From NCBI GenBank assembly GCA_964016885.1, contig OZ024766.1, positions 4,278,001-4,342,000 on the forward strand: DNA of 64,000 nucleotides, in the 5' to 3' direction. This DNA is from Eledone cirrhosa (Eukaryota). The position numbers and the translations under genes were made by a program. Under the pieces are notes generated by a model. That model ran no database searches, was not told the origin of the DNA, and saw only the letters and a program-made list of their open reading frames with translations. This document shows positions 1 to 64,000 of this stretch, piece after piece. Position 1 is the first letter of the stretch. The number at the start of each line of letters is the position of its first letter.

Positions 1-51744
<51,744 letters not shown>

Positions 51745-52146
51745 GTTTAGAAATCAGTTGGAGTAGGTTTTCAGGAGCCAAATGGTGCTCCCATAGCAGA
51801 GCTTACAACCTGAAGATAATGCTATTGTGGCCTGGCACTTTATATATATATATGTGTATATATTGGGTGTGTAGGTGTGGTGGGTGTTTAACTACGTGTA
51901 TATATTTACATGTGTATGGGTATATGGATGTGAGGTGTGAGAGTGAGGGTGGGAGGATGGGTATAAATGTGTGTATTTATGTGTATATATATATATATAT
52001 ATATGTATATGTATGTATGTGTATGTATATGTATGTATATATGTATATATGTGTATGTATATATATACATATATATATATATATTTATGTATATATATGT
52101 ATGTATTTATATATATGTATATATATATGTATATATATATACATAT

Positions 52147-52186
<40 letters not shown>

Positions 52187-52246
52187 TGTATGTATATATA
52201 TATGTATGTATATGTATGTATATATATACATATATATATATGTATG

Positions 52247-52277
<31 letters not shown>

Positions 52278-52333
52278 GTATATATATTTGTATGTATATA
52301 TATATATATGTATGTAAAACTATATATATATAT

Positions 52334-52410
<77 letters not shown>

Positions 52411-52503
52411 CATACACATATATTCCTTGATAATTGGTGGACATTAAACAATGATAGGAAAAAAATCTATAAGTATAATCATATCATTATTGATATGCAC
52501 AAG

Positions 52504-52868
<365 letters not shown>

Positions 52869-52900
52869 GTATGTATATATATACATATATATGTATATAT

Positions 52901-52945
<45 letters not shown>

Positions 52946-52965
52946 TATATACATACATATATATG

Positions 52966-52997
<32 letters not shown>

Positions 52998-53040
52998 AAT
53001 ATATATACATACATATATATATATATGTATATATATATAC

Positions 53041-53071
<31 letters not shown>

Positions 53072-53500
53072 GAGAGAGAGGGGGGGGGAGGGATATATAT
53101 ACTATTACAATACAATAAAAGGTTCACAGTCCAGAGCTGGCTGTAAATGAGCAACACACCACCACACCACCTCCCCAAGATACACACTCTACCTGCACCG
53201 CCACCACCAACACTACACAATCACCACCACCGCCACCAACACTACACAACCACCACCACCGCCACCTTCTTAACCTGGAAAAAGCTCTGCAGATAAAATT
53301 TTAAAATTTCAGGCGTCATTCACAAAAATAGATAAAGGCCATTTGTGTCATCATTTCATTTCATTTCATTTTACGTCCCCTTTTCCCTGCTTGCAAGGGT
53401 GGTACATATATATATATACATATATATATATATGTACAATATTATAAACATTTATATTTGTCGGACTTCCAACAAATTTAATACCCCTTCTACTTATATG

Positions 53501-53532
<32 letters not shown>

Positions 53533-53539
53533 TATATGC

Positions 53540-53589
<50 letters not shown>

Positions 53590-54055
53590 TATATATATAT
53601 ATATATATATTTCGTTTCTGAATTTGTTTAGCAAGATTCTTTATCTGAAAACGTGTGTTGAAACCGATATTGTTATACTTTGGGAGGGTCATGTTGCCAA
53701 TAAGAAACACACGCACCAGTTGCTTTCACTTCAATTTATTATAATAAATCGAAGTGAAAGCAACTGCTGCGTGTGTTTCTTATTGGCAACATGACCCCCC
53801 CAAAGTATAACAATATATATATATATATATATATAAATGAAAGGTATAGAAAACATTGTAGCGAAAAGCCAACAGTATTCCATAATATATAAGTGACTAT
53901 AGCGTCAAAATGGGATAAATAGTTAACGTAAGATGTGGGAAAAAAACAGCTCAGCTGTCGGGGTCTTACTGGTTCCTATTACCCACTCTACTACCTCAAG
54001 TATTGAGTACTTTGGTGCGTTATGGTCCACCTGGTTCCTTACCACATTTCCTTCG

Positions 54056-54089
<34 letters not shown>

Positions 54090-54114
54090 ATATATATATA
54101 TGTATATATATATA

Positions 54115-57045
54115 TCATCATCATCATCATCATTTTATGTCCGCTTTTCCCTGCTTGCAAGGGTTGGACGGGTCCTATTTAGCACAGCATCTCTCCACTT
54201 CTCACGGTCCTTCGTCATCTCCACCGTGAGTTTCAGCGATCTGAGGTCTGCTCTCACCACCTCTGCCCATGTTTTATGTGGTCTTCCTCTACTGCGTCTT
54301 CCTTCCACTGGGATTTCTTGGCACTTCGTTACCCAGCGGTCATCCTCCATACGCATCACATGTCCATACCATCTCAGCCTTCTCTCCTGTATACCACAAC
54401 TTATCCCTCTTATACCCAGTTTCTTTCTCAACTCGTCCATGCTTGGTCGTTCACGCATATTGACATTGCACATCCAACGGAGCACGCTTGCTTCATTTCT
54501 CTCCAGCTGTCGCATATCCTCTGCAGTTGCCCACCCATGTCTCACTACCATGCAGCATCGCACATCTCACACAGGCATCATATAACTGTCCTTTCGTATG
54601 CAGGGAGAAACCCTTCTTTGTCAACAAAGGAAGCAGCTCCCTAAACTTCTTCTAACCCGTCCTTATTCTAGATTCTATGGTCCTCGGAACACCCCCCCCC
54701 CCATCCCATGCTAATCTGATCACCTAGGTACCGGAAGCTATTTTCATCCCTTCAGCATCTCAGCAACTATCCCCGAAGGGGCCCAGCTCCCTTGCCTGTT
54801 TTCATATCTTTGATTGCCTTACTTACTATACTACCTTTAACTTGCACAGCTGGTCCCTTTGTTGGATCAGCTTGGAACAAACTATTTTCATCCCTTCAGC
54901 ATCTCAGCAACTATCCCCGAAGGGGCCCAGCTCCCTTGCCTGTCTTCATATCTTTGATTGCCTTACTTACTATACTACCTTTAATTTGCACAGCTGGTCC
55001 CTTTGTTGGATCAGCTTGGAACAAACTATTTTCATCCCTTCAGCATCTCAGCAACTATCTCCGAAGAGGCCCAGCTCCCTTGCCTGTCTTCATATCTTTG
55101 ATTGCCTTACTTACTATACTAACTTTAACTTGCACAGCTGGTCCCTTTATTGGATCAGCTTGGAACAAACTATTTTCATCCCTTCAGCATCTCAGCAACT
55201 ATCCCCAAAGGGGCCCAGCTCCCTTGCCTGTTTTCATATCTTTGATTGCCTTACTTACTATACTACCTTTAACTTGCACAGCTGGTCCCTTTATTGGATC
55301 AGCTTGGAGCAAACTATTTTCATCCCTTCAGCATCTCAGCAACTATCTCTGAAGGGGCCCAGCTCCCTTGCCTGTTTTCATATCTTTCATTGCCTTACTT
55401 ACTATACTATCTTTAACTTGCACAGCTGGTCCCTTTGTTGGATCAGCTTGGAACAAACTATTTTCATCCCTTCAGCATCTCAGCAACTATTCCCGAAGGG
55501 GCCCAGCTCCCTTGCCTGTCTTCATATCTTTGATTGCCTTACTTACTATACTACCTTTAACTTGCACAGCTGGTCCCTTTGTTGGATCAGCTTGGGGGTA
55601 AACTATCTTCATCCCTTCAGCATCTCAGCAACTATCCCCGAAGAGGCCCAGCTCCCTTGCCTGTCTTCATATCTTTGATTACCTTACTTACTATACTATC
55701 TTTAACTTGCACAGCTGGTCCCTTTGTTGGATCAGCTTGGAGCAAACTATTTTCATCCCTTCAGCATCTCAGCAACTATCCCCAAAGAGGCCCAGCTCCC
55801 TTGCCTGTTTTCATATCTTTGATTGCCTTACTTACTATACTAACTTTAACTTGCACAGCTGGTCCCTTTGTTGGATCAGCTTGGAACAAACTATTTTCAT
55901 CCCTTCAGCATCTCAGCAACTATCTCCGAAGAGGCCCAGCTCCCTTGCCTGTCTTCATATCTTTGATTGCCTTACTTACTATACTATCTTTAACTTGCAC
56001 AGCTGGTCCCTTTGTTGGATCAGCTTGGAGCAAACTATTTTCATCCCTTCAGCATCTCAGCAACTATCCCCAAAGAGGCCCAGCTCCCTTGCCTGTTTTC
56101 ATATCTTTGATTGCCTTACTTACTATACTAACTTTAACTTGCACAGCTGGTCCCTTTGTTGGATCAGCTTGGAACAAACTATCTTCATCCCTTCAGCATC
56201 TCAGCAACTATCTCCGAAGAGGCCCAGCTCCCTTGCCTGTCTTCATATCTTTGATTGCCTTACTTACTATACTACCTTTAACTTGCACAGCTGGTCCCTT
56301 TGTTGGATCAGCTTGGAACAAACTATTTTCATCCCTTCAGCATCTCAGCAACTATCTCCGAAGAGGCCCAGCTCCCTTGCCTGTCTTCATATCTTTGATT
56401 GCCTTACTTACTATACTACCTTTAACTTGCACAGCTGGTCCCTTTGTTGGATCAGCTTGGAACAAACTATTTTCATCCCTTCAGCATCTCAGCAACTATC
56501 CCCAAAGGGGCCCAGCTCCCTTGCCTGTTTTCATATCTTTGATTGCCTTACTTACTATACTACCTTTAACTTGCACAGCTGGTCCCTTTGTTGGATCAGC
56601 TTGGAGCAAACTATTTTCATCCCTTCAGCATCTCAGCAACTATCCCCAAAGGGGCCCAGCTCCCTTGCCTGTTTTCATATCTTTGATTGCCTTACTTACT
56701 ATACTACCTTTAACTTGCACAGCTGGTCCCTTTGTTGGATCAGCTTGGGGGTAAACTATCTTCATCCCTTCAGCATCTCAGCAACTATCACTGAAGAGGC
56801 CCAGCTCCCTTGCCTGTCTTCATATCTTTGATTGCCTTACTTACTATACTATCTTTAACTTGCACAGCTGGTCCCTTTATTGGATCAGCTTGGGGGTAAA
56901 CTATCTTCATTATCTGATTTAGTAGTTTTTCATAGTGGCACTTCCATGCTACCTTTTTATCAGCACCAGTGAGGGCAAGTACTCTGTTATCATCACATAC
57001 ACACATCTCCACAACAGTATCCTTGACACATTGCCTTGCAATCCT
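54115..57045 (-). mobile_element. Degenerate RTE LINE with the RT core deleted and a 144-bp pre-RT segment amplified
   Basis: 3' ORF ERRLRWYGHVMR...TRPTLASREKRT*; upstream part WKCHYEKLLN and KAIKDMKTGKGAGP. Confidence 0.85.
54741..56908. repeat. 144-bp tandem array, about 15 copies, derived from RTE ORF2
   Basis: Period 144 (54741, 54885, ...). Confidence 0.92.
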
Positions 57046-57189
57046 GATATATAAATATATAAATAAGAGAGGAAAGATCAATAATGGAACCATTGATTGA
57101 AATACAGATTTCAATAAATGTGGGTTATCTGATCACATGGCGTTTATAGATAACTGTTTGTGTGTGTATGTGTATACACACGCGTATAC

Positions 57190-58200
57190 ACACACAAATA
57201 TATATATATATATATATATGTATGTATATATACACACAAACATACACATATATATATATGTATATATACACACAAACATACACATATATATATATGTATA
57301 TATACACACAAACATACACATATATATATGTATATATACACACAAACATACACATATATATATATGTATATATACACACAAACATACACATATATATATA
57401 TGTATATATACACACAAACATACACATATATATATATGTATATATACACACAAACATACACATCTATATATATGTATATATACACACAAACATACACATA
57501 TATATATATGTATATATACACACAAACATACACATATATATATATGTATATATACACACAAACATACACATATATATATATGTATATATACACACAAACA
57601 TACACATATATATATATGTATATATACACACAAACATACACATATATATATATGTATATATACACACAAACATACACATATATATATATGTATATATACA
57701 CACAAACATACACATATATATATATGTATATATACACACAAACATACACATATATATATATGTATATATACACACAAACATACACATATATATATGTATA
57801 TATACACACAAACATACACATATATATATATGTATATATACACACAAACATACACATATATATATATGTATATATACACACAAACATACATATATATATA
57901 TGTATATATACACACAAACATACACATATATATATATGTATATATACACACAAACATACACATATATATATGTATATATACACACAAACATGCACATATA
58001 TATATATGTATATATACACACAAACATACACATATATATATATGTATATATACACACAAACATACACATATATATATATATGTATATATACACACAAACA
58101 TACACATATATATATGTATATATACACACAAACATACACATATATATATATGTATATATACACACAAACATACACATATATATATATACACATACATACA
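57190..58200. repeat. About 34-bp TA/CA minisatellite
   Basis: (TA)nTGTATATATACACACAAACATACACA. Confidence 0.9.
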
Positions 58201-58681
58201 TGCAAATATATATATATGTATATTTATATACACATACACACACATATATATATGCATATATACATGTACACACACATATACATACATAAATACATACATA
58301 AATATATGCATACATGTAATGTATATATATATATATATACACACATATATATATATATATATATATACGGAATTACCTCATTTATATATATATATACAGC
58401 TGTATGTACATTTGGTCTTACTGACCTTCATATATTTGTAGGTATATGTGTGTATGTATATATATACATACAGACCTATATATATATATATATATACACA
58501 CATATATATACACACACAAAAGGATGTTGGACTCAAGACAACAATGGTTAAGCTTTACTGTGTTGTTGTTGTTGTTGTGGTGGTGGTGGTGGTGGTTGTA
58601 GTGGTTGTAGTGGTGGTGGTTTCAGATCTAGCTGTCGTAAGGGCCGGAGCTCAGCCGTCGGGTTCTTGACTCTCATTTATA

Positions 58682-59020
58682 TCATCATCATCATCATCAT
58701 CATCATTTTACGTCCGCTTTTCCCTGCTTGCAAGGGTGGGACGGGAACTGATTCTGGCTTGATCTCTACAGCTGGATGCCCTTCCTAACACCAACCTCAT
58801 TTACAGTGAGTGCTGGGTGCTTTTTTGCAGTGGCACCTCCACGACCACTTTGCAGTGGAATGATAGGGACACCAGTCCCTATCATCTCATTTCTACAGCT
58901 GAGTAAACTGGAGCAATGTGAAATAAAGTGTCTTGCTCAAGGAAACAACACATCACTCGGTCTGAGAATTGAACTCACAACCTTTCGATTGCAAGCCCAA
59001 TGCTCTAACCACTAAGCCAT
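58682..59020 (-). mobile_element. tRNA-derived SINE family A, full copy: A/B boxes, CORE-like segment, RTE-derived 3' tail
   Basis: TGGCTTAGTGG A-box, GAGTTCAATTC B-box, TCCTTGAGCAAGACACTT; tail CCCACCCTTGCAAGCAGGGAAAAGCGGACGTAAAA(TGA)n. Confidence 0.85.
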
Positions 59021-59407
59021 ATATATATATATATATTCTTCCTCCCATTAGACCTGTGCGAAATTCCTTCCTTGCTCACATTTCAACCAGGTTTGATGGT
59101 CTTTATTCTCTCGTGCACGATTTCACCGAATTTATATTCATAGAAATCTGGGACTTGTTTCCTTCTTCCTCTCTTTCTGCTGCTTAAACCATTTTGTTTG
59201 TTTACCCTAGCGTCCCCTTTATTTACGTGTCCCAACGACTCTTTTTAGCCGTTGCTCGCACCAACCTGAGGTATATGGCCTTTAATGCGACGAAATGCCT
59301 ACGACGGTTGGATGGCCACTGATGAGGACAAACTTTTTCATATGTAACCCATTTGCAGCGCCGCAGCTCCATTATTATCATATATATATATATATTCTAT
59401 ACCTTTC

Positions 59408-59466
<59 letters not shown>

Positions 59467-59671
59467 TGAACGAGTAGGACTCCGACGGCTGAGCTCAAGC
59501 CGTTTAGACGGCTAATTCTGGACTAATTCTAATAGTCCAGAATTAGCCGTCTAAACGGCTTGAGCTCAGCCGTCGGAGTCCTACTCGTCCCTATTACCCA
59601 CTCTACTACCCTAAGTATTGAGTACTTTGGTGCGTTATGGTCCACCTGGTTCCTTACCACATTTCCTTCGT

Positions 59672-59709
<38 letters not shown>

Positions 59710-61543
59710 TATATATACACACATGAGAAGAAAGAATACTGCGTGGTTGCACATGGGTTACATATGATGAAAATAGTCCTTCATCAGTGATTTTCCAACC
59801 TTCATTGGAATTTCATCGCTCTAACAATCATATACCTCCAGTTGGTGCAAGCAATAGCTAAATAAAGCTATTGGGACAAGTAAATCGCGTAAAGCGAGCG
59901 AGACAGTAAACAACAGGGAAGGATAGCAACGCAAAGATAGGAAAAAATAAGCACATAGATATCAATTCACCCCATATATATATAATATGTATATACATAT
60001 ATAAACACACACACACACACACACACATGCAATGAAATATCTATGATCGTCGGCAAATCACTGATGAGGGACTCATTTTATTACATGTTATCCATGTGCT
60101 ACCTGCAGTATTTTTCTCTCTCTCTCTATATATATATATATGGTGGCTGCCAACTCGTTTTCGAGTACGGCCACTACTTTATATCCATGTAGGAGAACCC
60201 CTACCGATGCGCTGAACGAGTGTGACTTTTTAGTCTCAGCCAGTGACTTGAAAACTCTGGTACAAACACTACACTTGTGACAATTATTGACACATAGTGC
60301 TGGGCCCATGGTACCATGTGACGACAAGTGCAGAGAGATCTCCAGATATAAAGCAATGCCTGTGCCGTGAAGCTTTTATAGTGAGCAAAGGCACTGCACA
60401 AAGCCAGTCCCACTCTCTTAACCAAGATGATATTTACCAAAAAGAAGAACAAGTCAACATCATTGGATACCATCAGGGTTGCAGGTGTTATATCAGAGTT
60501 TTCCTTCTCCTAGAATTCTGCCTTGACAAAGGCTAAGGGGTCATCTCTCCCGGTGATTTTGGATGGCCATTGACTCTTAAGAGCTCCTTTGCCCTTTGAC
60601 AGGTTTTGTTTTTAGTCCTGCAGGATGTCCAAAGTCACCCTCCTCACCAAGAAACCTTGGTGGGGTTGCCAGTTTAGTCGCCAACGACCCGACCATGAGA
60701 CAGGTTGTACTGGGATACATGTTACCAGTAGCACCAACTGGTGACCTGACATAATATATATATATACACATATATATACACACATATATTTCTATTCACA
60801 CATATATATACACACATTATATATATATATATATATATATATATAATGTGTGTATATATATGTGTGTGTGTGTATATATATATATGTGTATACATATTAT
60901 ATATATATGGGGTGAATTGATATAACTGAAGGTGTTTCTGAATGTATTAAATTATGTCAGGGACTTTTAACGGCTGACACCGGTGATCATTCAACTGGAA
61001 ACATTGTCCACGACACCGTTTACTCGCCATATTAATTATAACTTTAATTAATCTAATTATATCTTGTATAGCAAATATCTTATGTTAAAGTGAAAGTTAA
61101 TATTCTGTAGATAACATAGAGTGAGCTACATGTTCCAGGGTAGGTGTTCCATCTCCTACATGATTAAATATTTCATTTCATGAGAAACTACGCTACATCG
61201 TGAATTGGTTGCTCCACATTTTACAGGACAGTGAGAAATAGGTTTAAATCACCAACATCTGAACAATTAGCTTCCCTGGTCTTTCTTGACTTTACATTTG
61301 GACTTGAAATATAAAGTACGTATTATTTGTATTGTTAACACAGCAGATATTGTGTACTTTTCTACAATCCGCAGTGAATAATCCATCTTATTTAGACAGA
61401 AACACATAAGCACAACACTACTGAATACACACAACCATTTTCTTACCCCAACAACAGTCTTACGCTGTAATATATATTCTGAATTATACAGTCTTAAACT
61501 GTAATATCTACCCTGAACTTTTAAGAATTGTTCAAGAATTACT

Positions 61544-63328
61544 ATGGAGGACGTTAAACCCTTGGACATCTCTAACACTCGTGTTAGAGAAAGGTTTGAG
61601 AAACTTCTACCTAGTGAAACATGTACTGAACAAGGATCATTACACATAAATATTCCTGAATATAGCTGTGAGGTTTGTTGGCAAACTTTCCCATCAGAAG
61701 ATGAATTATCCACACACAAACACAACCATGCTAAAGATAAATGTTTTAATTGTGAAATATATGAAAAATCGTCTGACTCTAGCAGTAGTTTAACTGTACA
61801 CAAGAGAACACTCACTGGGGAGAAACCTTTCAATTGTAAAATATGTGGGAAATCTTTCGCTTCTAACAGTGACTTGACTACACGCACAACATCACACGCT
61901 GGAGAGAAACTTTATTACTGTGAAATATGTGAGAAATCTTTTGCTTCTAACAGTGATTTAACTGCACACAAAAGAACACATGCGGGAGAGAAATGCTTCA
62001 GCTGTGAGATATGTGGGAAATATTTTTCTTCAAATACTCATCTTGTTCGGCATATATGTTGTCACACTGGAGAAAAAAGTTTTCTCTGTGAAATATGTGG
62101 GAAATTTTTCACAGAGAAACAAACTCTTGTTCGGCACATACATAATCACAGTGGGAAAAAACCCTTCCACTGTGAAATATGTGGGAAAAATTTCGCTGTC
62201 AAAACTAATCTTATTAAACATAAACATAGTCACACTGGAGAGAAACCATTCCACTGCGAAATATGTGGAACATCTTTCACTGGGAAATCTAATCTTGTTT
62301 GTCATGTACGTACCCACACAGGAGAGAAACCTTTCCACTGTGAAATATGTGGGAAAACTTTTGCTGTGAAAACTAATCTTATTAAACACAAACGTAGTCA
62401 CACTGGAGAGAAACCTTTCCACTGCGAAATATGTGGAAAATCTTTCACTGTGAAATCTAATCTTGTTAGGCATATACGTAGTCACACCAGAGCAAAACCT
62501 TTCCACTGTGAAATATGTGGGAAAACTTTTACTGAGAAAACTTTTATTAGGCATATACGTAGTCACACTGGAGAAAAAAGTTTTCACTGTGAAATATGTG
62601 GGAAATTTTTCAAAGAGAAACATAATCTTGTTCGGCACATACATAATCACAGTGGGAAAAAACCCTTCCACTGTGAAATATGTGGGAAAAATTTTACTGT
62701 GAAAACTAATCTTATTAAACACAAACGTAGTCACACTGGAGAGAAACCTTTCCACTGCGAAATATGTGGAAAATCTTTCACTGTAAAATCTAATCTTGTT
62801 TGTCATGTACGTACCCACACAGGAGAGAAACCTTTCCACTGTGAAATATGTGGGAAAACTTTTGCTGAGAAAGCTCATCTTGTTAGGCATATACGTAGTC
62901 ACACTGGAGAGAAACCTTTCCACTGTGAAATATGTGGGAATTCTTTTGCTGATAATGCTGTTCTTACAGTTCATAAAAGAAGACACACTGGAGAGAAACC
63001 CTATCACTGTGAAATATGTGGGAAATATTTTACTATAAGTGGTGCTTTAACTGAACACAAAAGAACGCACACTGGAGAGAAACCCTATCATTGTGAAATA
63101 TGTGGGACATCTTTTGCTTCTTACAGCACTTTATTTGCACACAAAAGAACACACACTGGAGAAAAACCCTATCAGTGTGAAATATGTGGGAAATATTTTT
63201 CCTGTAGCAGTCACTTAATTGTACATAAAAGAAGACATACAGGAGAGAAACCTTATCCCTGTGAAATATGTGGGAAATCTTTTGTCTCTAAAGGTGACTT
63301 AGGTAAACACAAACGAACACACATTTAA
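61544..63328 (+). CDS. Tandem C2H2 zinc-finger protein, 594 aa, 20 fingers (2 degenerate), single coding exon
   Basis: Repeated CEICGKxF...HxxxH with TGEKP linkers, no recognisable effector domain; possible acceptor ttttacag at about 61227. Confidence 0.95.
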   Translation: MEDVKPLDISNTRVRERFEKLLPSETCTEQGSLHINIPEYSCEVCWQTFPSEDELSTHKHNHAKDKCFNCEIYEKSSDSSSSLTVHKRTLTGEKPFNCKICGKSFASNSDLTTRTTSHAGEKLYYCEICEKSFASNSDLTAHKRTHAGEKCFSCEICGKYFSSNTHLVRHICCHTGEKSFLCEICGKFFTEKQTLVRHIHNHSGKKPFHCEICGKNFAVKTNLIKHKHSHTGEKPFHCEICGTSFTGKSNLVCHVRTHTGEKPFHCEICGKTFAVKTNLIKHKRSHTGEKPFHCEICGKSFTVKSNLVRHIRSHTRAKPFHCEICGKTFTEKTFIRHIRSHTGEKSFHCEICGKFFKEKHNLVRHIHNHSGKKPFHCEICGKNFTVKTNLIKHKRSHTGEKPFHCEICGKSFTVKSNLVCHVRTHTGEKPFHCEICGKTFAEKAHLVRHIRSHTGEKPFHCEICGNSFADNAVLTVHKRRHTGEKPYHCEICGKYFTISGALTEHKRTHTGEKPYHCEICGTSFASYSTLFAHKRTHTGEKPYQCEICGKYFSCSSHLIVHKRRHTGEKPYPCEICGKSFVSKGDLGKHKRTHI

Positions 63329-63334
63329 GGGAAA

Positions 63335-63910
63335 GGTTTTAACTGAAACATGAGAGGGTCATGGGATCAGAGTCCTCAAACACACCTCCCAGCGGGTCCT
63401 ATCAGAAGCAACTGTCGCCAGCTGATCCGACACGATCCCCAAGCGAGACCAACCAAGTTAATGAATGTTATCCAACAATCTTGCTCGGTTGGTTTTGCCC
63501 TTAAAATCTGTCCAGTGATTCTTTCTTGTGACATACTAATTACAAGCCCATAGTATCGGAGCTGTGATCTCTCAATTCAGAGATTCTTTCCTGAGACATT
63601 CTCACTACATGTCGATAGTTTCCGAGCTGAGATCTCTCAATTCAGAGATTCTTTCCTGAGACATTCTAACCACATGTCTGTAGTATCAGAGCTGTGATTC
63701 CTCAATTCAGAGAAGTAGCAACTCTACCTGAGGTGACTCTTTGATCTCCGAGTTACGCACTTTATCGAGTAATGTTACTCCAAAGACCCTTCAGAGGAAC
63801 CCCATTTCGGTCGCCTAACTCTTACAAATATAAATTTATTGTCCACTAACATCATCAAGGAACCCATAGCAGTTCCAGTCTCCAAACATTGCTTGTCATT
63901 TTGTAAACAG
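63335..63910 (-). mobile_element. RTE-like LINE fragment, same family as 29355-31420, just downstream of the ZNF stop codon, with about 3 copies of the 65-bp unit
   Basis: Reverse-complement similarity to 30400-31380. Confidence 0.8.
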
Positions 63911-64000
63911 GCAAGTTCATATTTTATCTATGGAATATATCATGGAGGCACATCTATGGAATATATCATGGAGGCACATGGCTTAGTGGTTAGAGCATTG

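Noticed and set aside
53270-53340. Possible non-coding first exon or promoter of the LLTP gene (CCAG|GTTAAG)
   Set aside because: Plausible but not supportable without transcript data
61267-63007. Antisense ORFs over the zinc-finger gene
   Set aside because: Typical shadow ORFs of C2H2 arrays

Overview
AT-rich, microsatellite-dense animal genomic DNA, most likely an octopod cephalopod. This is inferred from the single-exon CEIC-type C2H2 array, the tRNA-derived SINE families and the (TA)n-rich introns. Most of the window (about 51.8 kb, minus strand) is one large lipid transfer protein gene of the apolipophorin-II/I / apoB / vitellogenin-like type. I reconstructed 19 GT-AG coding exons with consistent phases, from a signal-peptide exon at 51744 to a >2 kb exon running off the left edge (about 2000 aa in the window). 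A 20-finger C2H2 zinc-finger gene (61544-63328, +) lies head-to-head with it. The introns hold RTE and L1/Tx1-like LINE fragments, two main SINE families, a non-autonomous Helitron, a TTAA/piggyBac-like MITE, Penelope-like hammerhead-ribozyme repeats and several fold-back palindromes. The most striking pattern is that most introns carry a homogeneous tandem array made by amplifying a 49-144 bp piece of a resident transposon, often at microhomologies. The gene's own signal-peptide/5' splice-donor junction has also been amplified about 17 times.
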